A stretch of DNA of 64,000 nucleotides from Marsupella aquatica (Eukaryota; Plantae; Marchantiophyta), in contig OZ316895.1 of the NCBI GenBank assembly GCA_973895155.1, positions 10,094,184-10,158,183 of the forward strand. Direction: 5' to 3'. Below, in pieces: positions 52,876-63,174 of the stretch. The notes below the pieces were generated by a model. That model was not told the DNA's origin and searched no databases. It worked only from the letters and a program-made list of their open reading frames with translations. The translations under genes and the position numbers were made by a program. Numbering within the stretch: the first letter of the stretch is position 1; each line of letters opens with the position of its first letter.

Positions 52876-53192
52876 CAACAAATGCGACATGGGATACCCC
52901 GTATCCCACTTTGCATTCAGCCAAGCAAAAACCCCATTGGAACATCACCTACGTCAAATAAACATAGTTGAATCCGAGATGAGATACCCCGTATCCCATT
53001 TTGCATTCAACCAAGCAAAAACCACATTGAAACATCACCAACATCAAATAACCACAAGTCAATCCGAGATGGGATACCGCGTATCCTACTTCGCATTCGA
53101 CCAAGCAAAAACCACATTGAAACATCACCAAAGTCAAATAACCACAAGTGAATCCGAGATGGGATACGCTGTATCCAACTACGCATTCAAAC
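52876..53192. repeat. 90-bp-period palindrome array inside predicted intron 52794-53298
   Basis: GGGATAC-N3-GTATCCC-type cores at 52891, 52981, 53071 and 53161. Confidence 0.9.
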
Positions 53193-53298
53193 AAGAATTC
53201 CAGGAAGGAAACCACCCAAATTGTTAAAACCATATAAGATTAGTTGACCATTTGAGAAACAAATAGAAAAGTCCAATCAATGCAAGGGGAGAACATAC

Positions 53299-55253
53299 CA
53301 CATCGGACAACTTCCCACTCCATCTTTCGAGCTCGGCAGATTCTGTTTCTTTCGGAAACATTTGTTTGCAAGTCGCCCAGTCTGGCTGCCCTGACAACTG
53401 AACAAAAAGCTTGTTGATTTTCACAAGTTTCTTGTAACTCTCGGCTTCTTTTGCCATCTGCTCCAAAGAGATCATCCGGTCCTTCACTCATAGAAGAAGG
53501 GACTCAAAAAATTGGTCGTGTTCAATTCCCTGGATTGCTCTCCAAGGTGTCAGGGTAAGGCCCCCTGCAAGCTTATTCAAAGCTTTTGGAATCGACTGCG
53601 CTTTTCCTTTTTTCTTGAGTTTCTTGATCGGTGACTTCTGCTTATTCTGCCCTTTGATCTCCAACTTGTTCCACATATCAAAGATCTGGTCTTGGAGTTC
53701 CCAAACCTTACCCGACCTGAACGCAATTTGGAAGAGAGGTTCATGCTTCTTCAGGCTTGTGGTGTCCCCCGGAAAAAACCCGTCGAGGCAAACCTCCATT
53801 GCACACTCTTCTCTAGTCTCCTTGGTTTTTGCCATACCTCTGGCAAGGAAAATCTTATGCATTGTTCGGATTTGATCAATGTTGTTCATTTTTTTCCTAT
53901 ACTCCTGATCAATATTATGTTGGATGCTAAGTTTTTGAATGTCCTCCCTTGTGAGACTAGCATACACCCAAGCTTGAAGTTCATTGAAGATCTCTCTCCC
54001 ATAAGCCTGATACAATTCTCTCTTAGCCCGAGCACCATGATTACCTCCAATCACTCGATATCTCCAGCTTGTTGCCTTTTCTGGGTCCCAGTCTGTCACT
54101 GTCGGGCAGTCTTCGGGGATCACAAACAAGACAAATGGGGTGGTGAAATTTGTTGGATTCATTTTCATCAAAGTCTTGATGTTCTCCACATGCAACCGAT
54201 CTACTGTTCGAACCAACGTTGAGTTCTCGTCATCAATATCTCCAACAAGAAGCAGGTTAGTTGTTTTCAGAATAACAGTTGTCTTCTGAACTCTCTTGGT
54301 CTCCATCAACCGAGACACTTCTTCGCGAACCACAAGTGTCTCTTCCCACTGCAAAGCTGTGGTGATATCTGTTGAATGGTTTTTCTTCTATTTCACAGCT
54401 CCCCTAGATGATAGAGAAGGCCCACTTGACGAAGTTGAAGGAATCTGAGACGGTGTCTGTGAAATTGGTGGGACCAAAGATGAGACAACACTTTCGGGTG
54501 CAGATGGTGCGCGCTTCTGGATGTCACGTCGATCTAGTTTCTTCTTGCCAGCAGCTTCTCCTGACACCACTGCTTTAGAACCTTCCCCGGAGAGATGATC
54601 TGCAAGCTTCCTCTTTGCCGGTTCCTTAAAAGAAATTGTGGCAGATTTCTCCTTTGTCAAGGGTGTTCCAGACATCTCCCCTGACTTTGAAGTCGGATTG
54701 GTAGGCTTCGTCACTTTCAACTTCAGAGGACGCTCTTTGACGCCAAAGTCGGCTCCAACGATGGACCTATATGTTACCTTGGTAAAATCCTCAACAACCC
54801 TCCAAGACTTCAAGACAAATTTGAAACACCAATAAGAAAAGTCCTCAATCTCCGGCACTTCCAAAATTAGCTTGCAGATCGGGTCATCAGGAAATGTGTT
54901 CATCGAGACCCGATCGAGTTTCTCGTAGTTGAGGACAACTACAGTGAAGGCATTGTTTGGAAGAATGCAAAGGTACATTGGAATCTTCTTCAGCTGTTTG
55001 GTTTTTGTGTCGGTGATATCTACCTCCCCAATGTCCACGACTAATCCATAATGGCAATGGTCTTTACCCTTAACTATAACCAACCACACCGCTGGACCGT
55101 CATAGGCTTTGTGAATATCCATCGCCCGGGCATCCCTGAAGTACCACCTATTCCTCACGAGTTTCTCCTTGGTGTAACCTTCTTCCAAATCTCATCAATG
55201 ATGGATGTCCGTGAAGACTCAGTCAAACCAAACTACTTTGATTTGTTCGACAT
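53299..55253 (-). pseudogene. ParB/Srx-like domain protein, copy A; large exon predicted to splice in frame to the MTase exon
   Basis: LVRTVDRLHVENIK...PFVLFV...YRVIGGNHGARA...LSIQHNIDQEYR. ORFs 54388-55188, 53488-54354 and 53224-53487 share one frame, split by TAG and TGA. Donor GTATG at 53298 and acceptor TTTGCAG at 52794, phase 0. Confidence 0.72.
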
Positions 55254-55302
55254 GTTCCTGCAAAAGATTGATACATAGAACCAGGGCGTAAACATACAAA
55301 AG

Positions 55303-56035
55303 TAGTTGAATGCGAGATCGGATACGCGGTATCCCACTTTGTATCCAACATCACCAATTCCCGAGTCTGATGCAAAGAACGAAAAAGAGGGAGTTGAATG
55401 CGAAATGGGATATGCGGTATCCCACTTCGCATCCAACATCAACAATTGCCAAGAGTCTGATGCAAAGAACGAAAAATAGGGAGTTGAATGCGAAATGGGA
55501 TACGCGGTATCCCACTTCGCATCCAACATCAACAATTGCCGAGAGTCTGATGCAAAGAACGAAAAATAGGGAGTTGAATGCGAAATGGGATACGCGGAAT
55601 CCCACTTCGCATCCAACATTGACAATTGCCGAGAATCTGATGCAAAGAACAAAAAATAGGGAGTTGAATGCGAAATGGGATACGGGGTATCCCGGTTCAT
55701 ATCCAACATCATCCAATGTGGCTCTTCTTGCAATGATCCTCCGCAACGACCCTAAACCCTAAACATCAGGAATTTCTAGTACTCTGCAATAAAAGACCAA
55801 AGAGATGTAGTTGAATCCGAAATGGGATACGCGGTATCCCATTTTGTATTCAAAGTCAACGAACAGCCACGAGGTTCTGATGGAATACTAAAATGAGGGT
55901 GTTGGATGCAAGATGGGATACGCGGTATCCCATCTCGTATTCAACATTGAAAAGTTCTGTTATTCGAACATAAGGGCAAAGAATAGAGAGTTGAATGCAA
56001 AGGAGGATATGGCGTATCCCACTCAGGATTCAATA
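55303..56035. repeat. Palindrome array (90-bp units) in the predicted 5'-UTR intron of copy A
   Basis: 45-bp hairpin GTTGAATGCGAAATGGGATAC-GCG-GTATCCCACTTCGCATCCAAC. Cores at about 55319, 55407, 55497, 55587, 55677, 55824, 55915 and 56004. Confidence 0.92.
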
Positions 56036-56201
56036 ATGAAGTGCGCCAAGGAAGGGAGAGTTTCTTGAGGTTTTACCTGTTTTTTTGTTTCGATTCGAGC
56101 AAATACAAAAAACTATAGAGATGTTGCAGCCCAAGAAAAACGCGAAGGCAAGCCAAGTTGAGAAGGAAAAGAAATGAGCGTAAACTTTCTGACCAAGCAC
56201 T

Positions 56202-56211
56202 CCTATTTATA
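56202..56211 (-). promoter_or_regulatory. Putative TATA box of the ParB-MTase gene (equivalents near 60625 and 62791)
   Basis: TATAAATAGG on -, about 125 bp upstream of a CAG|GTAAAA donor at 56077. Confidence 0.45.
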
Positions 56212-56532
56212 CTTTATCACCTTTGTATCCATAGGCAATAAGGTGTATCCAAAAGCGGAGGGTTGGAGTCCGAAGGTCTATTTATACTTTTTTTGCTTGA
56301 TAGGACTTTGTTTCTGACTAGATTTAGATTAGGCATATCCCCACGTCCTTGGATTTAACCAAATAGATTTTACGCGTAGCAAATGGGGTTGATGCAAGGG
56401 TAGAATCACAAAACTCTTTATTCATCCGGAATTGTGCTCAAAATAAACTCAGTTGATATTCTTAAAAAGAGTCTTTACAAAGAGCCCATTCAAGATGAGT
56501 AGTCCAAAACATGAAGGACTCTAAACCGGACT

Positions 56533-57072
56533 CTAAGCTTCCCCATACATTTCCAAGAGCCTTGCTTGCTCATCTTTCTCAAGATTGTGCCAGTCTTCTT
56601 GAAATCGATTTAGGTCAGACCTTGAAAATAAACCTAAGAAATTGATTGGAAGAAGATTTGGTGTTTCCATCCTAAGAAAAGCTTCAATATGAACATTCTG
56701 AAGGGGTTTTCCATCGGGAATGCTTGTCAGCATTTCATTTACTTCCTCAAACTGGCTTCTTGCTAGTCTAAGAATACCCCAGAGTCGTGTACAAATTACG
56801 AGTTGGTTCCATTTCTTGGAGGTGCATCCAAGCCACACCATTGTTTTTAATCGCATCAATCTTTCATCAGCTAGGGTCTTGGATGAACCAAATTCATCCT
56901 CTATACAACAAACTTTCAAAATGGGCCAAATGAACGTTTCAACAATCTCATCAGGAAATCCATCCAAAAGCAATCCAGATTCCTTTTGGCCACTTTTTTG
57001 TTGAATTTGTTTCATCTCTTTGTCGAATGACATCGCTAACCTTGTAAAGACAGGGTTCTTAGTGACGGCCAT
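56533..57072 (-). CDS. F-box-like protein (transposon cargo, copy A, open frame)
   Basis: LLDGFPDEIVETFIWP ... WLGCTSKKWNQLV resembles the F-box pattern LPDEI...L.CVSK.W with an insertion. Confidence 0.5.
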   Translation of the reverse strand: MAVTKNPVFTRLAMSFDKEMKQIQQKSGQKESGLLLDGFPDEIVETFIWPILKVCCIEDEFGSSKTLADERLMRLKTMVWLGCTSKKWNQLVICTRLWGILRLARSQFEEVNEMLTSIPDGKPLQNVHIEAFLRMETPNLLPINFLGLFSRSDLNRFQEDWHNLEKDEQARLLEMYGEA

Positions 57073-57248
57073 TCCAAAATAAGAGTGGATACCTGGAGTA
57101 ATAAATGATATGGTGAGCTCTTTATCAGAAACCTACAAAACAGTGATGGAAAAACTGATTTTATTTCTTTGATCAAAAGAAAAATATATTCACAAAATTT
57201 TTGATCCAAGAACGTTCACCTAAACACTTACACACTAATCAAGAAGAT

Positions 57249-57636
57249 TCAACGCGATAAGTTAACCCAAGGATCTTCGTTCCAAATCCGACAACACAAA
57301 TATGCCAATCGATGATATTTGTTTTGGGCATCACGACAATAATTACAAGAAGAATTAACAGAGTGTAGACAACCACTCAAACATATCCTCGACCGAATCG
57401 GAACTCCGTCTTCATTTTTCACAAAACTCTATTCGGAGTGGATTCAAACTATCATGTGGATCCACGCCTCCCGTCCATAGCGCTCCTAATCCAGGACGGA
57501 GAACTTTGAGTGCAACTAATCGCTTATACAATCGATGAGCACGTTTCTCACGATTTTGATTCTGGATTGCCATTAGACTCACAAGAGAAAACGTCATTTT
57601 TCCACGAAAGCAAAAGCTTGAGTCGGTGTCAATCAC
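57249..57636 (-). pseudogene. Small Cys-rich ORF of unknown function, copy A (frameshifted)
   Basis: Homologous to 61675-62007 but broken near 57412. Confidence 0.35.
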
Positions 57637-58035
57637 TGAAAGGCAGCAAGAGCTTCAGTGCGTGTTTAGTTGAACTTTGCCTGCAAAACAATCAGCAATC
57701 CATAAGGTTTTTCCCATGCCAAAAAATCTCTAGGGAGATACCACTTTGGATACCCCATATCCCACTTCGCATTCGACCAAGCAAAAACCATATTGAAACA
57801 TCACAAACGTAAAATAACCACAAGTGAATAAGAGATGGGATACCGCGTATCCCAATTCGCATTCAACCAAGCAAAAAACCACATTGAAACATCACCAACA
57901 TCAAATAAGCACAAGTGAATCCGAGATGGGATACCCCGTATCCCACTTTGCATTCCAACAAGAAATCCATGAAGAAAACCTCCGAACATGGCAAAACAAA
58001 TAGAAAAGTCCAATCAATGGAAGGGGAGAACATAC

Positions 58036-59996
58036 CACATCGGACAATTTCCCACTCCATCTTTCAAGCTTGGCAGATTCTGTTTCTTTCGGAAACATTT
58101 GTTTGCAAGTCACCCAGTCTAGCTGCCCTGACAACTGAACAAAAAGCTTGCTGATTTTCACAAGTTTCTTGTAACTCTCGGTTTCTTTTGCCATCTGCTC
58201 CAAAGAGATCATCCGGTCCTTCACTCGCAGAAGAAGGGACTCCAAAAATCGGTCGTGTTCAATTCCCTGGATTGCTCTTCAAGGTGTCAGGGTAAGGCCC
58301 CCTGCAAGCTTATTCAAAGCTTTTGGAATCGACTGCGCTTTTCCCTTTCCTTTCTTGAGTTTCTTGATCGGTGACTTCTGCTTATTCTGCCCTTTGATCT
58401 CCAACTTGTTCCACATCTCAAAGATCTGGTCTTGGAGTTCCCAAACCTTACCCAACCTAAGCGTAGTTTGGAAGAGAGGCTCATGCTTCTTCAGGCTTGT
58501 GGCGTCCCCCGGAAAAATCCCGTCGAGGCAAACCTCCATTGCACACGCTTCTCTAGTCTCCTTGGGTTTTGCCATACCTCTGGCAAGGAAAATCTTATGC
58601 ATTGTTCGGATTTGATCGATGTTGTTCATTTTTTTCCTGTACTCCTGATCAATATTATGTTGGATGCTAAGTTTCTGAATGTCCTCCCTTGTGAGACCAG
58701 TATACACCCAAGCTTGGAGTTCATTGAAGATCTCTCTCCCATAAGCCTGATACAATTCTCTCTTAGCCCGAGCACCGTGATTACCTCCAATCACTCGATA
58801 TCTCCAGCTTGTTGCCTTTTCTGGGTCCCAGTCTGTCACTGTCGGGCAGTCTTCGGGGATCACAAACAAGACAAATGGCGTCGTGAAATTTTTCGGATTC
58901 ATTTTCATCAAAGTCTTGATGTTCTCCACATGCAACCGATCGACTGTTCGAACCAACGTTGAGTTCTTGTCGTCAATATCGTCAACAAGAAGCAGGTTAG
59001 TTGTTTTCAGAATAACTGTTATCTTCTGAACTCGCTTGGTCTCCATCAATCGAGACACTTCTTCACGAACCACAAGTGTCTCTTCCCGCTGCAAAGCTGT
59101 GGTGATATCTGTTGAATCGTTTTTCTTTTCTTTAACAGCTCCCCTAGATGATAAAGAAGGCCCACCTGACGAAGTTGAAGGAATCTGAGACGGTGTCTAT
59201 GAAATTGGTGGGACCAAAGATGAGACAACACTTCCGAGTGCAGAAGGCGCGCGCTTCTAGATGTCCCGTCGATCCAATTTCTTCTTGCCAATAGCTTCTC
59301 CTGACACCGCTACTTTCAAACCTTCCCCGAAGAGTTGATCTGCAAGCTTCCTCTTTGCCGGTTCCTTAAAAGAAATTGTGGTAGATTTCTCCTTTGTCGA
59401 GGGTGTTCCAGACATCTCCCCTGACTTTGAAGTCGGATTGGTAGGCTTCGTCACTTTCAACTTCAAAGGCCGCTCTTTGACGCCAAAGTCGGCTCCAACA
59501 ATGGACCTATATGCTACCTTGGTAAAATCCTCAACAACCCTCCAAGACTTCAAGACAAATTTCAAACACCAATAAGAAAATTCCTCAATCTCCGGCACTT
59601 CCAAAATTAGCTTGCAGATCGGGTCATCAGGAAATATGTTCATCGAGACACGATCAAGTTTCTCGTAGTTGAGGACAACTACAGTGAAGGCATTGTTTGG
59701 AAGAATGCAAAGGTACATTGGAATCTTCTTCAGCTGTTTGTTTTTGAGTCGGTGATATCCGCCTCCCCAGTGTCCACGACTAATCCATAATGGCAATGGT
59801 CTTTACCCTTAACTATAACCAACCACACCGCTGGACCTTCATAGGCTCTGTGAATATCCATCGCCCGGGCATCCCTGAAGTACCACCTATTCCTCACGAG
59901 TTTCTCCTTCGTGTAAAGGTCCTTCTTCCAAATCTCATCGACAATGGATGTCCGTGAAGATTGGGTCAAACCAGACAACTTTGATTTGTTCGACAT
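58036..59996 (-). pseudogene. ParB/Srx-like exon, copy B (no downstream MTase exon of its own)
   Basis: Paralogue of 53299-55253, starting MSNKSKL at 59996. Stops at 59257 and 58279 and a frameshift near 59740. Confidence 0.72.
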
Positions 59997-60061
59997 GATC
60001 CTGAAAAAGATTGACACACTTAGAACCAGACCAAATTTTGAGCGTAAACATTCAAAAGAAG

Positions 60062-60456
60062 TAGTTGAATGTGGGATCGGATACGCGGTATCCCACTTCG
60101 CATCCAACATCAACAATTGCCTAGAGTCTGATGCAAAGAACGAAAAAGAGGGAGTTGAATGTGAAATGGGATACGCGGTATCCCACTTCGCATCCAACAT
60201 CAACAATTGCCTGGAGTCTGATCAATGCAATGAACGAAAAAGAGGGAGTTGAATGCGAAATGGGATACGTGGTATCCCATTTCATATTCAAATTCAACAA
60301 ACAACGAGGAGGTTCGGATGAAAGACTAAAAAGAGGGTGTTGGATGCGAGATGGGATACGCGGTATCCCATCTCGTATTCAACATTGAAAAGAAGGCCAA
60401 AGAATGGAGAGTTGAATACAAAGGGGGATACGTCGTATCCCACTCAGGATTCAACA
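60062..60456. repeat. Palindrome array, copy B
   Basis: Cores at about 60078, 60168, 60262, 60353 and 60425. Confidence 0.9.
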
Positions 60457-60947
60457 ATGAAGTGCGCCAAGGAGGGGAGAGTTTCTTGAGTTTTTACCTA
60501 TGTTTTTGTTTCGATTCGAGCAAATACGAAAAGCTATAGAGATGTTGCGGCCCGAGAAAAATGCAAAGGCAAGTGAAGTTGAGAAAAAAAAAAGAAATGA
60601 GCGTAAACTTTCTGACCAGGCACTCCTATTTATACTTTATCACCTTTGTATCCATAGGCAATAAGGTTTCCACAGGCGATAATGTGGATCCAAAAGCGTA
60701 GGGTTGGAGTCCGGTGGTCTATTTATAATGTTTTCTCTTGATAGGACTTTGCTTATGACTAGAGATAAGGCATATCCTCAAGTCCTTGTATTAAACCAAA
60801 TAGATTTTACGCGTTGATCCAAGGGTAATCACAAAACTCTTTATTCATCCAGAATTGTGCCACAAAATAAACTAAGTTGATATTCTTAAAAAGAGTTTAC
60901 AAAGAGCCCATTCAAGATGAGCAGTCCAAAACATAAATGGAAGGGCT

Positions 60948-61498
60948 CTAAACCAGACTAGAAGTTTCTCCATACATTTCCAAGAGCCTCGCTTGCTCAT
61001 CTTTCTCAAGATTGTGCCAGTCTTCTTGAAATCGATTTAGGTCAGACCTTGAAAATAAACCTAAGAAATCGATTGGAGGAAGATTCGGTGTTTCCATCCT
61101 AACAAAAGCTTCAATATGAATATTCTGAAGGGGTTTTCCATCGGGAATGCTTGTCAGCATTTCATTTACTTCCTCAAACTGGCTTTTTGCTAGTCTAAGA
61201 ATACCCCAGAGTCGTGTACAAATTACGAGTTGGTTCCATTTCTTGGAGGTGCATCCAAGCCACACCATTGTTTTAATCGCATCAATCTTTCATCAGCTTG
61301 GTTCTTGGAGGAATCAAATTCATCCTCTATACAACAAACTTTCAAAATGGGCCAAATGAACGTTTCAACAATCTCATCAGGAAGTCCATCCAAAAGCAAT
61401 TCGGATTCCCTTTGGCCACTTTTTTGTTGAATTTGTTTCTTCTCTTTGTTGAATGACATCGCTAACCTTGTAAAGATAGGGTTCTCAGTGACGGCCAT
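60948..61498 (-). pseudogene. F-box-like ORF, copy B (frameshift near 61272)
   Basis: LLDGLPDEIVETFIWP and WLGCTSKKW fall in two different frames. Confidence 0.5.
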
Positions 61499-61674
61499 TC
61501 CAAAATAAGAGTGGATACCTGGAGTAATAAATGATATGGTGAGCTCTTTCTTAGCAACCTACAAAACAGTGATGGAAAAACTGATTTTATTTCTTTGATC
61601 AAAAGAAAAATATATTCACAAAATGTTTGACCCAAGAACGTTCACCTAAACACTTACACACTAATCAAGAAGAT

Positions 61675-62007
61675 TCAACGCGATAAGTTAACCCAAGGAT
61701 CTTCATTCCAAATCCAACAACACAAATATGCCAATCGATGATATTTGTTTTGGGCATCACGACAATAATTACAAGAAGAATTAACAGAGTGCAGACAACC
61801 ACTCAAATATATCCTCGACCGAATCGGAACTCCTTCATTTTTTTCACAAAACTCTATTCGAAGTGGACTCAAACTATCATGTGGATCCATGCCCCCCGTC
61901 CATAGCGCGCCTAATCCAGGACAAAGAACTTCGAGTGCAACTAATCGCTTATACAATCGACGAGCACATTTCTCATGGTTTTGATTCTGGACCGCCATTA
62001 GACTCAC
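61675..62007 (-). CDS. Small Cys-rich hypothetical protein (cargo, copy B)
   Basis: 110-aa ORF with C-x2-C (CNYC) plus other Cys/His residues, conserved with copy A. Confidence 0.35.
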   Translation of the reverse strand: MSLMAVQNQNHEKCARRLYKRLVALEVLCPGLGALWTGGMDPHDSLSPLRIEFCEKNEGVPIRSRIYLSGCLHSVNSSCNYCRDAQNKYHRLAYLCCWIWNEDPWVNLSR

Positions 62008-62170
62008 AAGAGAAAACTTTGTTTTTCAAGGAAAGCTTAAGCTTGAGTCGGTGTCGGTCACTGAAAGGCAGCAAGAGCTTCAGTGTGTGTTTAGTTGAAC
62101 TTCGCCTGCGAAACAATCAGCAATCCATAAGGTTTTTCCCATCATCAAAAAAACTCTAGGTAAATACCAC

Positions 62171-62640
62171 ATGGGATACCCCGTATCCCACTTTGCATCC
62201 AACCTCCGTTTTTAGCTAAAGAGAAATCAAAATTGGACATTTGAAGAGTGAATCCCAAACGGGATACGCCGTATCCCATTTCGCATTCAACGTTGAGGTT
62301 TTGACATTTGGAGTCTAAGATGCTTCATATTCGGAGGTTGGATGCGACATGGGATACCCCGTATCCCATTTCGCATCCAACCTCCTTTTTTAGGTAAAGA
62401 GAAATCAAAACTGGACATTTGAAGGGTGAATCCCAAACGGGATACGCCGTATCCCATTTCGCATTCAAAGTTGAGGTTTTGACATTTGGAGTCTAAGATA
62501 CTTCATATTTGGAGGTTGGATGCGATATGGGATACCCCGTATCCCACTTCGCATCCAACCTCCTTTTTTAGCCAAAGTGAAATGAAAACTGGACATTTGA
62601 AGGTTGAATCCCAAACGGGATACGGCGTATCCCATTTGGG
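62171..62640. repeat. Palindrome array with alternating spacers (178-bp higher-order repeat)
   Basis: Cores at about 62173, 62261, 62351, 62438, 62529 and 62617; spacers alternate A/B. Confidence 0.9.
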
Positions 62641-63112
62641 ATTTGTCCTCGCCATTTTCAGGAAGATTCTCACCTGTTAGTCAAAACTGATTTTTGGCGA
62701 ATACGAGTTTGTATAGACGGTGTGCATTCGTCGAGAGTAAGAGTATACAGAGCGAGAAAAAATGAGCGGAAAATTCTCAAGCGGTGATCTCCTATTTATA
62801 GTTTTCTCTCTGACCGTGGTTAGTATTTGACTGCAGTTGCATCGTAGTCGGTTAAATGTTACCGTTGAGAAGAATCGTTTTGGAATATTCTTGTCGGGTA
62901 AACCAATATCTGCAATTTTACTGCGTTTGTTTTTGGTTTTTTGAATTCCGCGGTTGGATCCAAAATGGGATACGCCGTATCCCATCTTCGTATTCATGTC
63001 GATTTTTCCCATTTTTTCAATTCAAAAAACTAGTTTTTAGGGGGAATACTAATTCCGTATCCAAGACTTTTTTGCCTTAGAAACATTTTTCGCCGCGGGC
63101 AAAATGAGAAGT

Positions 63113-63147
63113 GTGGCCACACTTCTCGTTTGGTCCGTCACTGTGTT
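63113..63147 (-). repeat. Right terminal inverted repeat
   Basis: GTGGCCACACTTCTCGTTTGGTCCGTCACTGTGTT, overlapping the local palindrome GAGAAGTGTGG|CCACACTTCTC. Confidence 0.92.
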
Positions 63148-63174
63148 ATATGCGCATTTCAACCTATCTAACGT

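Larger units (their letters stand above)
52888..62190. repeat. Internal tandem duplication: copy A ~52888-57744, copy B ~57745-62170
   Basis: Collinear near-identical ParB exon, palindrome arrays, TATA region, F-box-like ORF and Cys-rich ORF. The junction and both ends fall on GGGATACCCCGTATCCCAC-type palindromes. Confidence 0.93.
45627..63147 (+). mobile_element. ~17.5-kb TIR DNA transposon (Sola1-like DDD transposase) carrying ParB-MTase, Ulp1 and F-box-like cargo
   Basis: Perfect 27-bp TIR AACACAGTGACGGACCAAACGAGAAGT at both ends, extending to 35 bp with 2 mismatches. Flanked by ATAT at 45623-45626 and 63148-63151. The target is palindromic, so the TSD could also be read as TATA. A transposase lies inside, and the element-specific palindromes are confined between the TIRs. 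The superfamily label is an inference. Confidence 0.88.

Noticed and set aside
55303-55712. CRISPR array
   Set aside because: Spacers are near-identical tandem units, there are no cas genes, and the context is eukaryotic and intronic.
52889-55762. Repetitive ORFs 52889-53227, 52949-53233, 55233-55733, 55310-55762 and 55351-55746
   Set aside because: Translation artefacts of 90-bp repeats that are open in several frames on both strands.
45627-63147. Bacterial contamination or prophage as the source of the ParB/MTase
   Set aside because: The genes have GT-AG introns and TATA boxes, and lie inside TIRs contiguous with plant-type flanks and MITEs.
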